Shown here: piece by piece, positions 26,620 to 41,299 of the stretch | Layout of the letters: each line of letters starts with the position of its first letter | How positions within the stretch are numbered: position 1 is the stretch's first letter | Assembly (NCBI RefSeq): GCF_001194135.2 | Contig: NC_068984.1 | Span: 21,238,965 to 21,302,964 of the forward strand | DNA: 64,000 nucleotides | From: Octopus bimaculoides | Lineage: Eukaryota | Reading direction: 5' to 3' | Program-made: the position numbers and the translations under genes | Notes under the pieces: model-generated | What the model was told of the DNA's origin: nothing | The model's input: the letters and a program-made list of their open reading frames with translations, nothing else | Databases searched by the model: none

Positions 26620-26828
26620 GGGCGTGCGCGTGCATACATCTATGCGCGATTCTTTGTATTTGTCTCCAACCACTGTTGGTTTGTTTACCTACCTGTAATT
26701 TAGCGGTTCAGCAAAACAGAGGTATGAAATAAGAACTAGGTTAAAAAGTAAACACAGGGGGTCAACTTATTTGACTAATCCCATCAACACGGTACACCAG
26801 CATGGCCGCAGTCCAATGACTGAAACAA

Positions 26829-26864
<36 letters not shown>

Positions 26865-29800
26865 CTGTAAATAAAAATAGTATTTTAAAAGCTGATAGAT
26901 AAATATATATATATGCATACATACACACACACAAAGACAGACAAGCCATAAATACAACCATGTATACATTTGAGTGTGTACATGTATTTGTATATAGAAA
27001 GAGAGAGAGAGAGAGAGTAAAACGAGTGAGAAAGTGTGTTGCCAGCTGGATAGCCAATACACGTATAATAAACCTATGGGCTTAACAAAAGGACGTAAAG
27101 CAGGAAATATTGTAACAGAAGTGTTCGCACACACACACACACACACACACTCAGACCCATGTAGATATAACAGCACTTAATATATGTACAAAGAGATATA
27201 TGCATACAAGATACCATACAAATATTATGCATACATATGCGTGTATGGATATAATAGACACGTACGCAGCACACATTTATACAGAGAGAGAGAGAGGGGG
27301 GATGGTGGAAAAACATACACGCAGGTAGATAGACATGCATCGATGAAAATTTTAAAAATGCATATACAGTCTGTGTGCGTGTGTGTATCAGGTTACATGA
27401 CTGTGTGTGTATCAAAAATCACAAGGCTATGTATGTGTGTGAGCATGTATATTGTCAGACAGGAACTTTTTAAGTTACTACCTGTGAAACGTTCGCATAA
27501 CCATATATACATTCGTACGTAGACGTGTGTGGAGCAAACTGAATAGACACTGTCAAACACTTGCATACACAAACACTGTCTTGTGACTTGATACAAACAT
27601 AAATAGGTTTTACATATACAATGTCAGCATGTAAAACACACAGCAAACAAAATAAAGTATTATATACGCATATGTGGAGCGGTCTCTACATACGTATGAG
27701 AATTCATTTTTGCATAACTGTTCACATCACCTAATGCGTACACACACAAACAAATAAAAAAGCACATTTACACACACATTAAATCAAATGTACCTTAAGT
27801 CTTGTGACTTTTTAACCAACTTATTGCTACACAGAAAAGAGAAATATATCATAGATCACACATATACACATGCCTAGACAGGTATCAGAGACGAAGGTAT
27901 ACATACGCATTACAAGGTATTCTAACCGTGGTAATATAAATTGAAATACACGTATAGACACTAAGAACAGACAACTAAAACGTGCGCGCACGCGCACAAA
28001 CACACGCACATACACACACACACATACAGATGAACCAAAATATTTCAAGAGCACTTGTTTGGCAAGTGACTTTGATAAGAGCGCGTTAAAACAAACATCG
28101 CAGTTGAATTGTTTTAGCTGTTTAAAAACATACAAATTATCAAGCGCAAAACTACAGATTAATGCACCTTGCTCCCATTAACTTATTTCATCCTGAGTTT
28201 CTGGAAAATACACATTTTTGAAGATGAAAATTTGCAAACAGGTTTTCAACGGTGTAGATTCCGATTGTGGTAGTAATACAGAGAAAATTTTAAAAAGGCC
28301 TTTCTTTTTTTTGTCTTTGCACACCAGTTCCGAATCGTTCTTCTGCCTTCTCCAGACGTTTTATAGAAAGTCAATAAAATGCATATTTTAAATGGCATTG
28401 TGCAGAAATACTGGAGAGTGTAGATTACCTAAAGCTAATATTTCAAACATAAAAATAAGAAAGAAAAAAAAAGGCGGGGCGGGTGAATAATGCTAAAGTT
28501 AATAATCTTAAGTACACCCTCAGAAATGTAAAATTACGAGGAAACAAAGTCAGGGATGGGACGCCAAACTAGAGTTATGTTCTGTTATGTTTACTTTTCT
28601 TATGATGTGTTAGAAAGTTTCTTTATCCAACTCCATGACTTGGTTACTGAAAATTCTGTTGCAAGAAGAGGTACAACTGAATGAAATAACGATATACAAT
28701 TATGCACACGAGCAACGCAAAATTCCCTTATATCAGTGGTTCCCAACCTGTGGTCCGCAAAGGTTGTACTGGGGGGTCCGTACACTAAATTCAAAATTGC
28801 ATAATATATAAGGATAAGCATATTAAAAGGGATCAGTGGGAAAACTCATTTAAAAGGGGTCATTGGTAGTGAAAAAGTTGGGAACAACTGCCTGATATCA
28901 CACCTCGTCGAAAGAGAGACAGACAGTATGTCGGATAATGAGCACGTATCGGGTGGGTGGCTTTCTTCATAAGGCTGACCTGGGTTCTAATTAAAACAAC
29001 ATCAACGATAATTTTACACAGATAGGCAGGCAACACAATCACAAATAGACAGACAGGTAGGTAAATGGAGCGACAGAGATATACATTTTCTTCTCTACGA
29101 TAATTTAGAAAGAAAATATTATAAAAGGTTAAAGAAATATTTACCAACAACAAAAACATGCACAGCCAGATGTGGTAATAACCCCAACACCAACAATCCG
29201 TTTTATCTCACTAATTTTCACCTTTTACTTTGTGAAAACTTCAAGATAATACTCTCTCGCCCCTCCCTCTAATATACAAAGATTATCATTTATCAACTAC
29301 GACCCTCCCTCATTTCTACCTCTTCCACTCTAAAATTTAACACGCCGGTCTCTCGTTCTCACCTTGTCTCTTTCTTAAGTGAGAGCGAGAGAATGCCGCG
29401 TTATATATTTCTCAAGTATTGTTTTTGCTGTTATACCCAGCACATGTACACATGCGCGCGTGCGTGTGTACACGCGCACGCACGCACACACACACACACA
29501 CACACATACAGGCAAATAAAAATAAACGTCAAAAGGAAGAACGTACACCTTAAATGTATTAGTTTGATGCTCGTTTTAAGATGAAAAAAAGAGGAGTGTA
29601 TAACATTTTGAACATGGTTCATTATCAGAAAGAGGAAAGTTGGAGGGAGAAGTACGAAAATGTCCAAGAAAAGCACGTGTGTATGTATACATGTGCATGC
29701 ATGTATACATAGTGATTATATGTGTGTTTGTTTATAAACACACATGTAACCACTTAACCGCAGTATCTAGATAGTATTTATAAAAGTTCACTTAGCAAAC

Positions 29801-30000
29801 GTTAGGTTTGGTGTTCAAAGTCTTTCACTAGTTTTGTCATACACTGCTGGTTTCTGCACGAAGATAACATTAAAGATAAAAGCTTCTGTGAAATACTGAA
29901 CCGCTTACACTATACTGGAAGAAAAAGCAGAGACCAGTCGAGCAACTGGAATATCCAACATTAAAACCAACAGAGATTCATTTACCGTGTGTCCATACAT
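26620..30000. promoter_or_regulatory. CpG-retaining zone, putative (alternative) promoter; GC-box-like GGCGGGGCGGG near 28473; minus-strand TATATAA at 29407-29401
   Basis: Visibly more CG dinucleotides than the flanks, where old SINE copies show CpG decay. Boundaries are by eye. Confidence 0.45.
28734..28890. mobile_element. hAT-type MITE, 157 bp
   Basis: TIRs CAGTGGTTCCCAAC / GTTGGGAACAACTG; 8-bp TSD CCTTATAT / CCTGATAT (7 of 8 match). Confidence 0.85.
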
Positions 30001-30307
30001 GTATATGCATTTTTGTAAGAGAGAGAGAGAGAGAGTATGAGCTCATGTCAGCCACCAGGCAAAACCCCAGTAAATTGTCATTTGTTTTGATATAATAACC
30101 ATCTAACACCACAACACCATCTATTGAGTTCTATATCAATTAATATTTGTATTATATAATATGTGACATATGTTGCTACATGTTTTACAGTTCTTGTATG
30201 TATGTATATATATATATGTGTATATATAGACATGCATACAAACTTATAAATACATATGGACACACATATATATAAATATAAATACACATACAAACAAACA
30301 CACATGC

Positions 30308-30344
<37 letters not shown>

Positions 30345-32498
30345 TGCATATATACCTACACACACATCTACATATGTATATGTACATATATGCATATATA
30401 CACATAGATGTGTGTATATACATAAGTATGTGTGTGTATCCAAAACATTCACAAATGCATAGTCAGGTGTTTTATTAAATATAAGTTGAATGAAAATTGC
30501 CAGATTGTAATATCATATATATGTGTGTGTGTGTGTGTATAGCAATGACATTTAATGAACATTTTTTCATATACCATAGTCTACATAGCTCACTGCACCT
30601 AAGATATCTTGCATCTGCATATCATGTGAATGCATATACATATGTGTGTGTATGTAAGTGTGTTTGTGTGTAAACATATATATACAAACACACACACAAA
30701 GATATATACATCACATTTACTTACATATACAGAACACATATACATATATACATACATGTATAGGTATATATGCACATGCATCTATCCACATATATCAGTC
30801 ACCATTTTTATGTTTGTTTTTTTTTAAGATGGCATAAGCTAGGCAAGACTTCTTGAGGCAGTAGGTATTTCACTAGAGACAGTGCCATATAAAAAGCACT
30901 CGATGAAATTTGTAAAGTGGTTGGCATTAGGAAGGCATCTAGCCATAGAAGCCATATCAAAGCAGACATTGGTGCTTGATGCAGTCCAACCCATACCACC
31001 ATGAAAAATGGATGTTAAATGATAGTGATACACACTATATAAAGTATACATATACACACACACACATAGATACACATATCACCAATATTTGTATACTTGC
31101 ATATATATTTATCTACCAGTCTATATATGTACATATAAGATGCAAAACCCATGCCCTAAGCAATGAAGCAGCTCCAAAAGGTTAATTTTACTTTCTAAGG
31201 ACAGAGCTAAACTAATAGATGGCACCCTAAACCATCAACAAATAAAGCCCTTTCTTCACACTTTTAACAGTCAATCACACGAATATTACTCAATATATAA
31301 CCTTTCTGTTATGAAGTGAAATAAATATTTTTTGTGCCTTAACTTTGTTTCTGCTATTCCACTGCTTTACATTATATTTAATATATATATCTTTATAATA
31401 TACAGTATTGTAGATTGTTTTTCAGCTGATCTTATGAATTGGTTTCACACATAGATTAGGCAATTAGGTGATTACCTAAGACTACACTAGTTAGAAATAT
31501 GGCAAAGTCTCCCCACTACTGGAAGCAAGTGTCACATCCAGTTTGTGGTTGCTGTGAAACATGGAACAATCCCTGGGAAAAGATAAGAGGGGTATGCCTC
31601 CCCCACACCAACGCCTGAGTGCCTACTGCAAGCAAAGTAGGATTTTGATGCAGGCAGTGCAGAGTTGAGATGTGTGTGTGTGTGTGTGTGTGTATGGGGG
31701 GGGGTTGAAGGTGTGGATGGGGCAGGCACCAATCCTAAGCCCATGAGTAGAAGAATACATACATGTGTGTTTAAGAGTGTATGTCTGAGTGTGGACAACT
31801 AATGGTGAAAATCCAAACGTTTATAATCATTGTGCCCATAGGTAACCAGTCACATACTTCCTTTCATGAGGGCATGAGCAGAAAACATTGCTCTTGTGAG
31901 TTTATGTAGATATCCACAGGAAGAGAATTCTTAAGTTATTTTATTGGCCAGGCATAGCCTGGTCCTTCTGACGCTCACACTTCTCCAGTACACTCCACTT
32001 GATTTAGTAATCCATAGTTCTTTCCCTCAACAATCATACATGACTAACCAAAGCTGTGACATTATGCCTTTCCTGGAGATTAAAGGAAGACTTATGGTTG
32101 TTAAGTCTGATCTTGGAAGAGCATTCTCTTACACCCACATACTTCTGCACATCTGTTTTCTGCATGTTCACTGGGATCCTTTGACACTTTCTGTGTTGCA
32201 CTAGCCATTAAGGGGACATGTTGCATCGCCTCTACATCTGGCCTCAGTCTCAAGTGTGAGCTGACTTACAAATATTTTCCTTATATGAAGTACACAGCTA
32301 AAGGAAACTCAAAGAGTGTCTATTTGTTTGCAGAAAGTGTTTAACAACACTAAATTCTCCTTTAATTTCCAGTAGATTACCTAATTTGTGTGCAAGACCA
32401 ATTGATAAAATTGCTGAAATGAACCTATACTATAAAGATTAATGCACCCATTCTATTGACAAATATACAAGTGCCTGTTTTACTGACTTACAGATTTT

Positions 32499-32806
<308 letters not shown>

Positions 32807-33399
32807 TGTCACTATATATACACACACACACACACATACAGATATGAATATACCTACACATACATATATGTACACAAACAAATACATAGACACACATGCA
32901 TACACACATATCCACAATCATCTGATAATGCTTGATAAGTAATATCGAAAAATACATTGCATTCAATACAGAGATATAGAGTAATGAATTTGCATTTCTA
33001 AAACAAGACAAGTTTCATTACAATAAAATAATTTTCACACAGAAGAAAGCAGTTTTTTACAGTGGATGGCTGAAAATTGATGATAGCTATATCAACATGT
33101 GCAGCTGTTTCCTATGAATATGTCTGGTGCTTCCTGCTCTCTCCCTCTTACCACGACCCTACCCAATCCTATCTGCTGCATTTTATAAAGACAAATACTA
33201 TATGCTAAACATCAAGTACAGTTAGCAAGGTGAGAAGTAAAAAATAAAAAGATTGCCATTATTCTACAGCACAAAGATCACGAGGTGTTCCCATTTCCAA
33301 GACAATGTTCTAGAAAGAATGTATTGAAGAGATTGGTGATATGGCTAGGGAGAAATGTGTACAGAATGAAACTCTTACTGATGCTGGAAAGAAAGGTCA

Positions 33400-33915
33400 T
33401 TGTTAGATGAATTTGCTAATGGACAAGTATGCATAAAAGAGAGAAGATTGACCTCGTGTAGACTCAAGAGAGGAACTAGCAATTCAAGTATGATTCCATG
33501 TGCAATTATGGATATGAAGGCAAAAGAGGCAGATGGTTCATCAAGAAAAGTCACTGAGATGGTTAAAATATCTGGTGGAGTATATCACATGCTAGCTGAT
33601 CAAGATAATTCAAGAAGGTATCATACCCAATGACTGGCACAGCAGCACCAATGTCGACAGCTGTAAGAGCAAAAGAGATGCAACAGAGAGAAACAATTAC
33701 AGACACATAAAACTGTCAAACAGGTCATGAATATTTTGGAAACAGCGCTAGCACAGCTGATTAAAAAGAGAATTAGCTTATATAGATGTAGTTCAGGTTT
33801 GTGCCAAGAGGAGAAACACCTGATGCCATCTTCCTAGAAAGACAACTGCAAGAGAAGTACTGAGCAAGGAGAAACCCTTATAACTGGCATTTGTTAGCCC
33901 TTTGACAGGATTCCA
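33400..33915 (+). mobile_element. Degraded RTE-clade reverse transcriptase fragment
   Basis: EGIIPNDW...K.DATERNNYR.IKL, and a frameshifted DAIFL.RQLQEKY...KPL..AFV...FD with stops. Confidence 0.8.
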
Positions 33916-33951
33916 ACACTAATCCTTCAGCTGATGAGAGAATGTCTACAT

Positions 33952-34266
33952 CAGGCCTGACCAACTCAAATTACATTGTGGACCACTTTAATCACACAAA
34001 GTCTTTTGAGGGCCGCTCGTATACTGACAGAATTGAAAGCATTTTGCTTTCTCATGCTATTATTACAATAATGAATGAATTATCGCTGATTTGACATGAA
34101 ATATCTTTGTTGCAAAAACAGTAGTATCTTTCTTTTTTACTTTTCATTCTTTAATTTTTGATAAAATTTTTAAAATGTTTGTTTAAATAAACCAATTTCA
34201 AGAAAGTATCAAGATGAAAGTCTGTGGACCACATGCTGCCTGCAGGCCTTAGGTTGGCCAGCCCTG
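33952..34266. mobile_element. hAT-type MITE, 315 bp
   Basis: TIRs CAGGCCTGACCAAC / GTTGGCCAGCCCTG; 8-bp TSD GTCTACAT / ATCTACAT. Confidence 0.8.
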
Positions 34267-36329
34267 ATCTACATGGTCGTTCAATCATTCTAGAAAAAGC
34301 AACCAGATCTGCTTTAAATCACACTCTAAGCATTTTAAAATAAAGGACAAATTGTATAATGCAATCCTTGGTAGATTATAACTGAATAAAAGATAGGCTG
34401 GCATGGCTGGGATATCTTTGACACAAGGTCTGATGGATCAGAGCTGTGCCAGGATAAACAACAAAAACAACAACTAAGTCATCTTAACACAGAGAGAAAC
34501 AGAGAATAGAAATAGATTGAAAGAAATTTTCAGCTTTAGGCTGCTAAGTCACTCACATTTTATTCATGTGAAGCTTTCTATAATAAATTCACTCAGTTTG
34601 TTTTAGAATGCTTGAAATATTGGAAACATAAATATATAATATTCAATTATATTGCTAGCATGATTAAACTAAATTTGTCGTTATGTTCTCAATATCTGCA
34701 CAGCAATACACATATGTGCATGTGCACACACGCACACACACACTAGTGAAGTGAGAGGAGGATTAGAAAGAAGAAAAGCTAGAATCATGTAAACCAACTG
34801 GAATATATATATATATATATATATATATATCCATTTTCCTGCTTTTCAAAAGAGGTGCTCTAGCATGACCTTAGCCACAATGGCTAAAGCAAACAAAAGA
34901 ACCAGAAGGAGAGGAGAGAAAAAAAAAGGGTTAAAGCTTTTGCATTCAAAACTTAATTGTATTTGCCTCTACTGAGAATAATGAAGCACTGACATTCTAA
35001 TGGGTCCATCCATACCCACCCTCATCAACCCCCATCCACCACTTCCACTATGAAACATGTGAGCATTACAGGGTTATAAAATAGAATGGAAAAGTAGAAT
35101 TTTGTCAATGACATAAAGCTAATGTAGTTGGACATTGATTGTTTAAAAATAGGTGAACCTTGACCCGAGAAGATGAATGGCATCAAAAGCATGACCATCC
35201 TGCCTTTTTTAAAGGTATCCAGGACTACATCATATCTAATACACCATTTCCTTATTTAAGACAGTAGGGTGTGATTTAAGGATTATTTAGCTACTATTTC
35301 TAGCAAGTCAAAAGACTCCATAGAGCAGAAAAGAGGGCTGCATGAGACATGGCTCATCATCTGGTGGGCTGCATTATTAAAACTTTCAAAGTAATTTTTG
35401 GTTAAGTGTACCATTCAGTAAGTGGTACTACAGATTGCAAGTTGTTCAAGACTACCATGGAGGCATTCTCAATGGTGCACATATAACCACATGGTGTAGA
35501 TCTGAATTTCAACTGGTTCTTTCAGAAATGTTTCTGTGTTTCTGTGCTTATGCATGCTTTCTTCACACAAAGAAACTTGAGATAGTAGTAAGGACATCAA
35601 ATATAAATAATAATAATAATAATAATAATGATAATCATCATCATCATTTGACGTCCGTGTTCCATGCTAGCATGGGTGGGACAGTACCACGAAAGCTGGC
35701 CAGGCAGAAGCATGCACCAGACTTCTGTGACTGTTGTGGCAGAATTTTTACAGCTGGATGTCCTTCATAACACTAACCACTCAACGGATTGGACTTAGTG
35801 CTTTTTATGTGACATAAGCACAAGTGAGGTCAGTTTTGACAAGTCTTTTACAGCTGGATACCTGTCCAAACACCAACCACTTTACAGTGTTGACTGGGTG
35901 CTTTTAAGTGGCACCTACACTGACAGGGTCACCAAGTACTTGCAATACAAAAACTTTTAAGAGGGCAGGATGCACTGGAAGAGGTGATGATGAAAAAGCT
36001 AATAGTGAGACAGATACAGGTGTCTTACTGTTGAGGAAGTTCAAGGTTACCCAGCCGGAGAGAGAAATATCAGGAATGAAGACAGAAACAGGTGTGCTAC
36101 CGCAAAGAAAATACACAGTAGCCCAACCTGAGGGAAGTGCAGGAGAGAGAGAGAGAGAGACAGAGAGACCGCAGATGGAAATAGTGGCAAAATGCCAGGC
36201 ATACCTACAAGGAAAGGGGATCAGAGTATACATGAGATGGTTGAGTAAAGGAAGAGAGACAGATATAAATAGTGGCAAGTGCCAGGCCATACCCTTGAGG
36301 TTCAAATGTCATAAGTGACAGGATATTGT

Positions 36330-36860
36330 GACAGGAGTGCGATTAAAGAGTGTGAATAATAATAATAATGTACATTGTTTTGTCTTGATATAAAAGATGG
36401 ACTACAGCAAATATTCTGCTCAATAGAACAAATTTTTTGTTTGACCTTAACCAGTTGAGCATGTCCCTTAGTGGCTGCCGATATGTGCATCTCTGATCAC
36501 GAGCAGAAGTAGTGGGGGAGCATCATAGCCATGTGTTGAGAGGAATTCTTTGAGGCTTGAATAATTCACTTTTGGAAATATGGGTGTTTCATTCAACATC
36601 CTTAAACAACCCTTATTCTGGGACCTTTTGAGCAGGATGGGCCTGAAGAAAATTCTAACTGGGCCTCACCTGCAAGGTCATGCACTGTTTATCTTGATAT
36701 GAGAGCACCATGTCACGCACATATGGTTGTGATGCATGTGCCTGGTGCACCCTTATCAGACGGGTAGTCATGATGGGTATACTGGGCTTCGTATATTTTA
36801 ACCCTAGTATCACTTTGATGGCATCCACTGCTCTCTCACTCAATAATAATAATATGTCAG
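36330..36860 (+). repeat. Dispersed retroposon-like repeat ending in (AAT)n
   Basis: Higher-GC block ending ctctctcactcaataataataat; recalled as a common octopus repeat, not verified. Confidence 0.45.
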
Positions 36861-38095
36861 CATGGAAGGTGGATGTTAAACGATGATGATGATGATGTTT
36901 GTACAATAGGCACAAGTCAATCTTGGCAGAATTTGAACTCGGAACAAAAAATCACAAAGAATTTTGATAATATTACTGCTAAGAATTCTGATAATATTAA
37001 ACAAAGACAAAATATGAAGAACAAAATTATTACTACTATAACTAATATTATTATTGCAAAATCATTACAGCATAGGAGAAAACACTTTGGAGTGTTCCTT
37101 CCAGCTCTTTGTGTTCTGAGTTCAAAACCCAATGAGGTCAAATTTGTCTTTTATTTCTCCAGGGTCAATTAAATAAATCACTAGTAATGTATTGAGGTCA
37201 CTGTAATCAGCTCACCTCTCCCCTCTAAATAACTGCTGGCCTTGTTTCAAAATTTATATTCAAAACTCTCAAAACTCACTTTTGCTACCACCACCATCAT
37301 CATCATCATCATCATCAAAACAGTTTCAAAACAAGAATGGACTGCATTTATAAATATGGAGTGATTAAAATTTTAGATAAATTAATGAATCAATTGTTTC
37401 CAATATTATCATATGACCGGAAATTTGTAGGAGTGGGGTATTAACATCACCCCACTCCCACCCCCAGTACTTGACTGCTACTTTATTTTATCGATTTCCC
37501 AACCACCACCAAAGAGATGAAAGACAAAGTTGGTCCCAGCAGGATTTGAATACAGAACATTAACTGGCACTCCATCAGTTACAACAACAACGGTTCCAGT
37601 TGACCTGATCAACGGAACAGCCGGCTTATGAAATTAACATGGAAGTGGTTCAGCACACGACAGAAACAAATACCCCTAACTTGGTTCTCAGGGAGATTGA
37701 GTGTGACAGAATATGAAAAGGCCGGCCCTTTGAAATACAGGTACTAATTTTAGCCAGCTGAGTGCACTGGAGTAACATGAAATAAAGTGTCTTGTTCAAG
37801 GACACAACACACCACAGAGAATCAAACTCAGGGCCTTATGATTGTGAGCTGAATATGTACCCACTAAGTGACATGCCTTCATTAGAACATTAAGAACTAG
37901 GAGATATACCGCATGACATTTTGACAGACTTTCCAACAATTTTGCTCTTATAAATTAAATAATTAATATACATTGAAAAAAAATTACTTAAAAATATTTG
38001 ATAAAAGAGACAATTGTTTTGTAGGGGTGGCAGATTTCTTGTCTTTTTCCTCCATCTAGTTTGATGTATTAAGAATTTGTTACATAAATATTTTC

Positions 38096-38127
<32 letters not shown>

Positions 38128-38283
38128 GAAAGTAATAACACTTCTGTGTGATAAAAAAGTTTACTTCATAACCACATGGTTCTGGATTCAATCCCATTGT
38201 TTGGTACCTTGGGCAAGTGTCTTCTACTGAAATGTACTTTATGAATGGAATTCGGTTGTGTGTAGAAGCCAATTACACACACG

Positions 38284-38314
<31 letters not shown>

Positions 38315-38478
38315 GTAGTGTGTATGTGAGGGGATGTCCCTATCTAAGTTTACAGGTGTGAACTGATGAGTTCAGCTGTGTCTGTTTATGTCCCATTGTG
38401 TCAAAAACATGGCTCGAAAATTCAATAAAAGGAGATGAAAGGAGTCAATAGAATCAACCAAAACCTCTTCGAACTGGT

Positions 38479-38479
38479 A

Positions 38480-38523
<44 letters not shown>

Positions 38524-38605
38524 AGTATAGAATGAAAGAAAGAAAGAAGTATAGAATGAAAGAAAGAAAGAAAGAAAGAAAGAAATGAAGAAAGAAAGAA
38601 AGTAC

Positions 38606-38639
<34 letters not shown>

Positions 38640-38697
38640 TACAGAAAGAAAGAAAGTACAGAAAGAAAGAAAGTACAGAAAGAAAGAAAGAAAGTAC

Positions 38698-38740
<43 letters not shown>

Positions 38741-38897
38741 AATACAGAAACAAAGAAACACAGAAAGAAAGAAAGAAAGAAACAAACAAACAAAGAAAAA
38801 GAAAGAAAGAAAGAAAACAAATATATTNNNNNNNNNNAAGAAAGAAACAAACAAACAAACAAAGAAAAAGAAAGAAAGAAAGAAAACAAATATATTA
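38479..38897. repeat. (GAAA)n homopurine satellite with GTACAGAAA/GTATAGAAT variant units, spanning a 10-N gap
   Basis: Direct inspection; source of the F/S/L-rich and K/E/R-rich spurious ORFs. Confidence 0.95.
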
Positions 38898-39074
38898 CTA
38901 GAGAAACTAACCTGATTTCAACAAGTTAAGTTTTATATCAGATGCTGATTTCCCAATCTTTTTCAGTGTAGAATTCATGAGGTAAATGAATGAATACAAC
39001 TTTGTGCTGTGAAGGTGTAACATCTTATAAAATTGCTCATCTTCCAACTAATCACTCACCATCTACTCTCCTTA

Positions 39075-39150
<76 letters not shown>

Positions 39151-39900
39151 TGCCTCATTTTCCCATCTCTTTTGCACTTCCTTCCTGCACCACCCATCTC
39201 CCAATATTATATATATTTCACATGACACACCTAACATCAGTTTGCAGACTACAAAACAGTATCGTTGATGCCTCACTGTCAAAACATCACTGAGAAAAAT
39301 TGTACTGGTGATTTGAGAAAGGAGTAGCTAATTTATTGATCAAATAAATAAATAAACAAAATGTATACAATAAAACCGCAATTGCTCATACATTAAAAAG
39401 AAGGATATAGTAAAAACCAAAGAAAACAAAGGAAGGACATAATTTAATAAGTAACAAATGTATGTTTGTATTAGAAAGTATAATTACATTAGTTGTACTG
39501 TTTACTACACACATTCAGGTGACAATACTAAATTCCTTGATTTCTTTTCTTTTTGGTATCACATGCTAATAAACATTACAGTACACACACACATACACAT
39601 ATCTTTTATGTTCTACATCTTTCAGTCATTGGACTGTGGCCATGCTAGAGCATTGTCTTAAATGGTTTAGTTGAAAAAATTGCCCCCAGTACTGATTTTT
39701 CAAAGTCTGATACTTATTCTATTGGTCTTCTTTGCCAAACTACTAAGTCACTGGGACACAAGCAAACCAAAAACCTACTGTCAAATGGTGGTGGTGGTGG
39801 AGGAGGACACACACACACACAATACCATACCTCTTTTGGTGTTTGAACACTCAGAATAGGCCTTTCCAGAAATCATTCCCACCCTTTTTGGTCCTGGGCT

Positions 39901-40085
39901 TTAACCCTTTGGCATTCAGATTACCCCGTCAAACATAATGCTTATTTATTCACATTGCATTAAATTAATCATGCATTATCTTGTGGCTTTGAGATTTCAA
40001 TGATGTGATTGTCTGTTTCTAGAATAACATTGTAGGGTAGGTATGAGGAGGCCACACTGTGCCCAGATATGGCTGGTTTAAACGC
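39901..40085 (+). mobile_element. piggyBac-like non-autonomous element (TTAA-CCC end)
   Basis: ttaaccctttggcattcagattac...gatatggctggtttaaa. Related copies at 15559-15770, ~25040-25230 (reverse, ends gggttaa), ~42590-42664 and ~59836-60051. Confidence 0.6.
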
Positions 40086-40700
40086 TACAGCCTTACTAAT
40101 GTGGGCCCCAATCAATCCGATGTAGAATTAGATGTTGGTACCATTTATGTAAGTATTTCACTAAACTTGGTAATCCTGGTGGTGCCAATCTACCAAACTC
40201 ATATTTATCATCTGTTTGTACATGCAGGGTTATCCTTATTCAAGACCATTCACCCAGTCTCCACATATCCTTGTATTTAATGCTCATGTTTTGCTGTTAT
40301 ACAACATTGCACCACATACACAAGCATCATACAAGCTGCCCTTCACTTGGGGAGAGGGTCGCTGTATTACCTGAAGAAGTAATAGACCCTTGATCCTTTT
40401 TTATCTCTGCTCTCAGATCATTTACCCCCATTTGTTGATCTGCTATGTTACAGGGTAAAATATAAAAACATAATTTTCTTTTAGACCAGTGCAAAGATCA
40501 ACACAGACACATATATACATATACACACACATATAATAGGCATATATGTGTGTGTGTGTGTACATACAATATGCAAACAAACAATACACACACGTATACA
40601 CATATGCATACACATACATAAACACATACACATACACACACACACACACGCAATATCCACACACAAACATATATATAATATGCATACAATATGTATGTAT

Positions 40701-40920
40701 ATATGTATGTTTATATATATGTATGTTTGTGTATATGTATGTTTGTGTATATGTATGTTTGCTTATATGTATGTTTGCTTATATGTATGTTTGCGAATAT
40801 GTATGTTTGCGAATATGTATGTTTGCGTATATGTATGTTTGCGTATATGTATGTTTGCGTATATGTATGTTTGCGTATATGTATGTTTGCGTATATGCAT
40901 GTTTGTGTATATGTATGTAT
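40701..40920. repeat. 16-bp minisatellite, consensus TATATGTATGTTTGCG
   Basis: About 12 units with variant blocks. Confidence 0.9.
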
Positions 40921-41299
40921 GTGTACACGCCCACAAATCTTAATGAGAATGGTTATTTATCAGGAGAAAGAATCTGGGTGGTGATGGTTATGTGATTAAG
41001 ATGGGGGGGATGAGAGGAGTCGGCGAAGAAAATAACAAACAGAATTCTTCTGTAGAGTGGTGGAGAAACAGAGAATATAAAGGAGAGCAATGCTCTAGAA
41101 TCTTTCAACAGAACACCCCCACCCCATCACCTACAATGACATCAACCCCCCACCCCTTACCCCCTGTTTACTACTATTTCATCAATGTAGATTAGCGATC
41201 AATCTCATACTCTTTTCCATTCATAATTCAAAACAAATTCAACACTTATTTCAAACAAGGTCAAATGCTCCCAGCCGTAACACCTATTTCCTTTCTTTT

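Noticed and set aside
30574-30613. Possible 40-nt minus-strand exon MQDILGAVSYVDY with phase-1 donor
   Set aside because: Poor polypyrimidine tract, weak donor (gtatat), and embedded in TA/CA microsatellite; chance is likely.
38770-38897. Duplicated ~58-bp segment flanking the 10-N gap at 38828-38837
   Set aside because: Same assembly-overlap signature.
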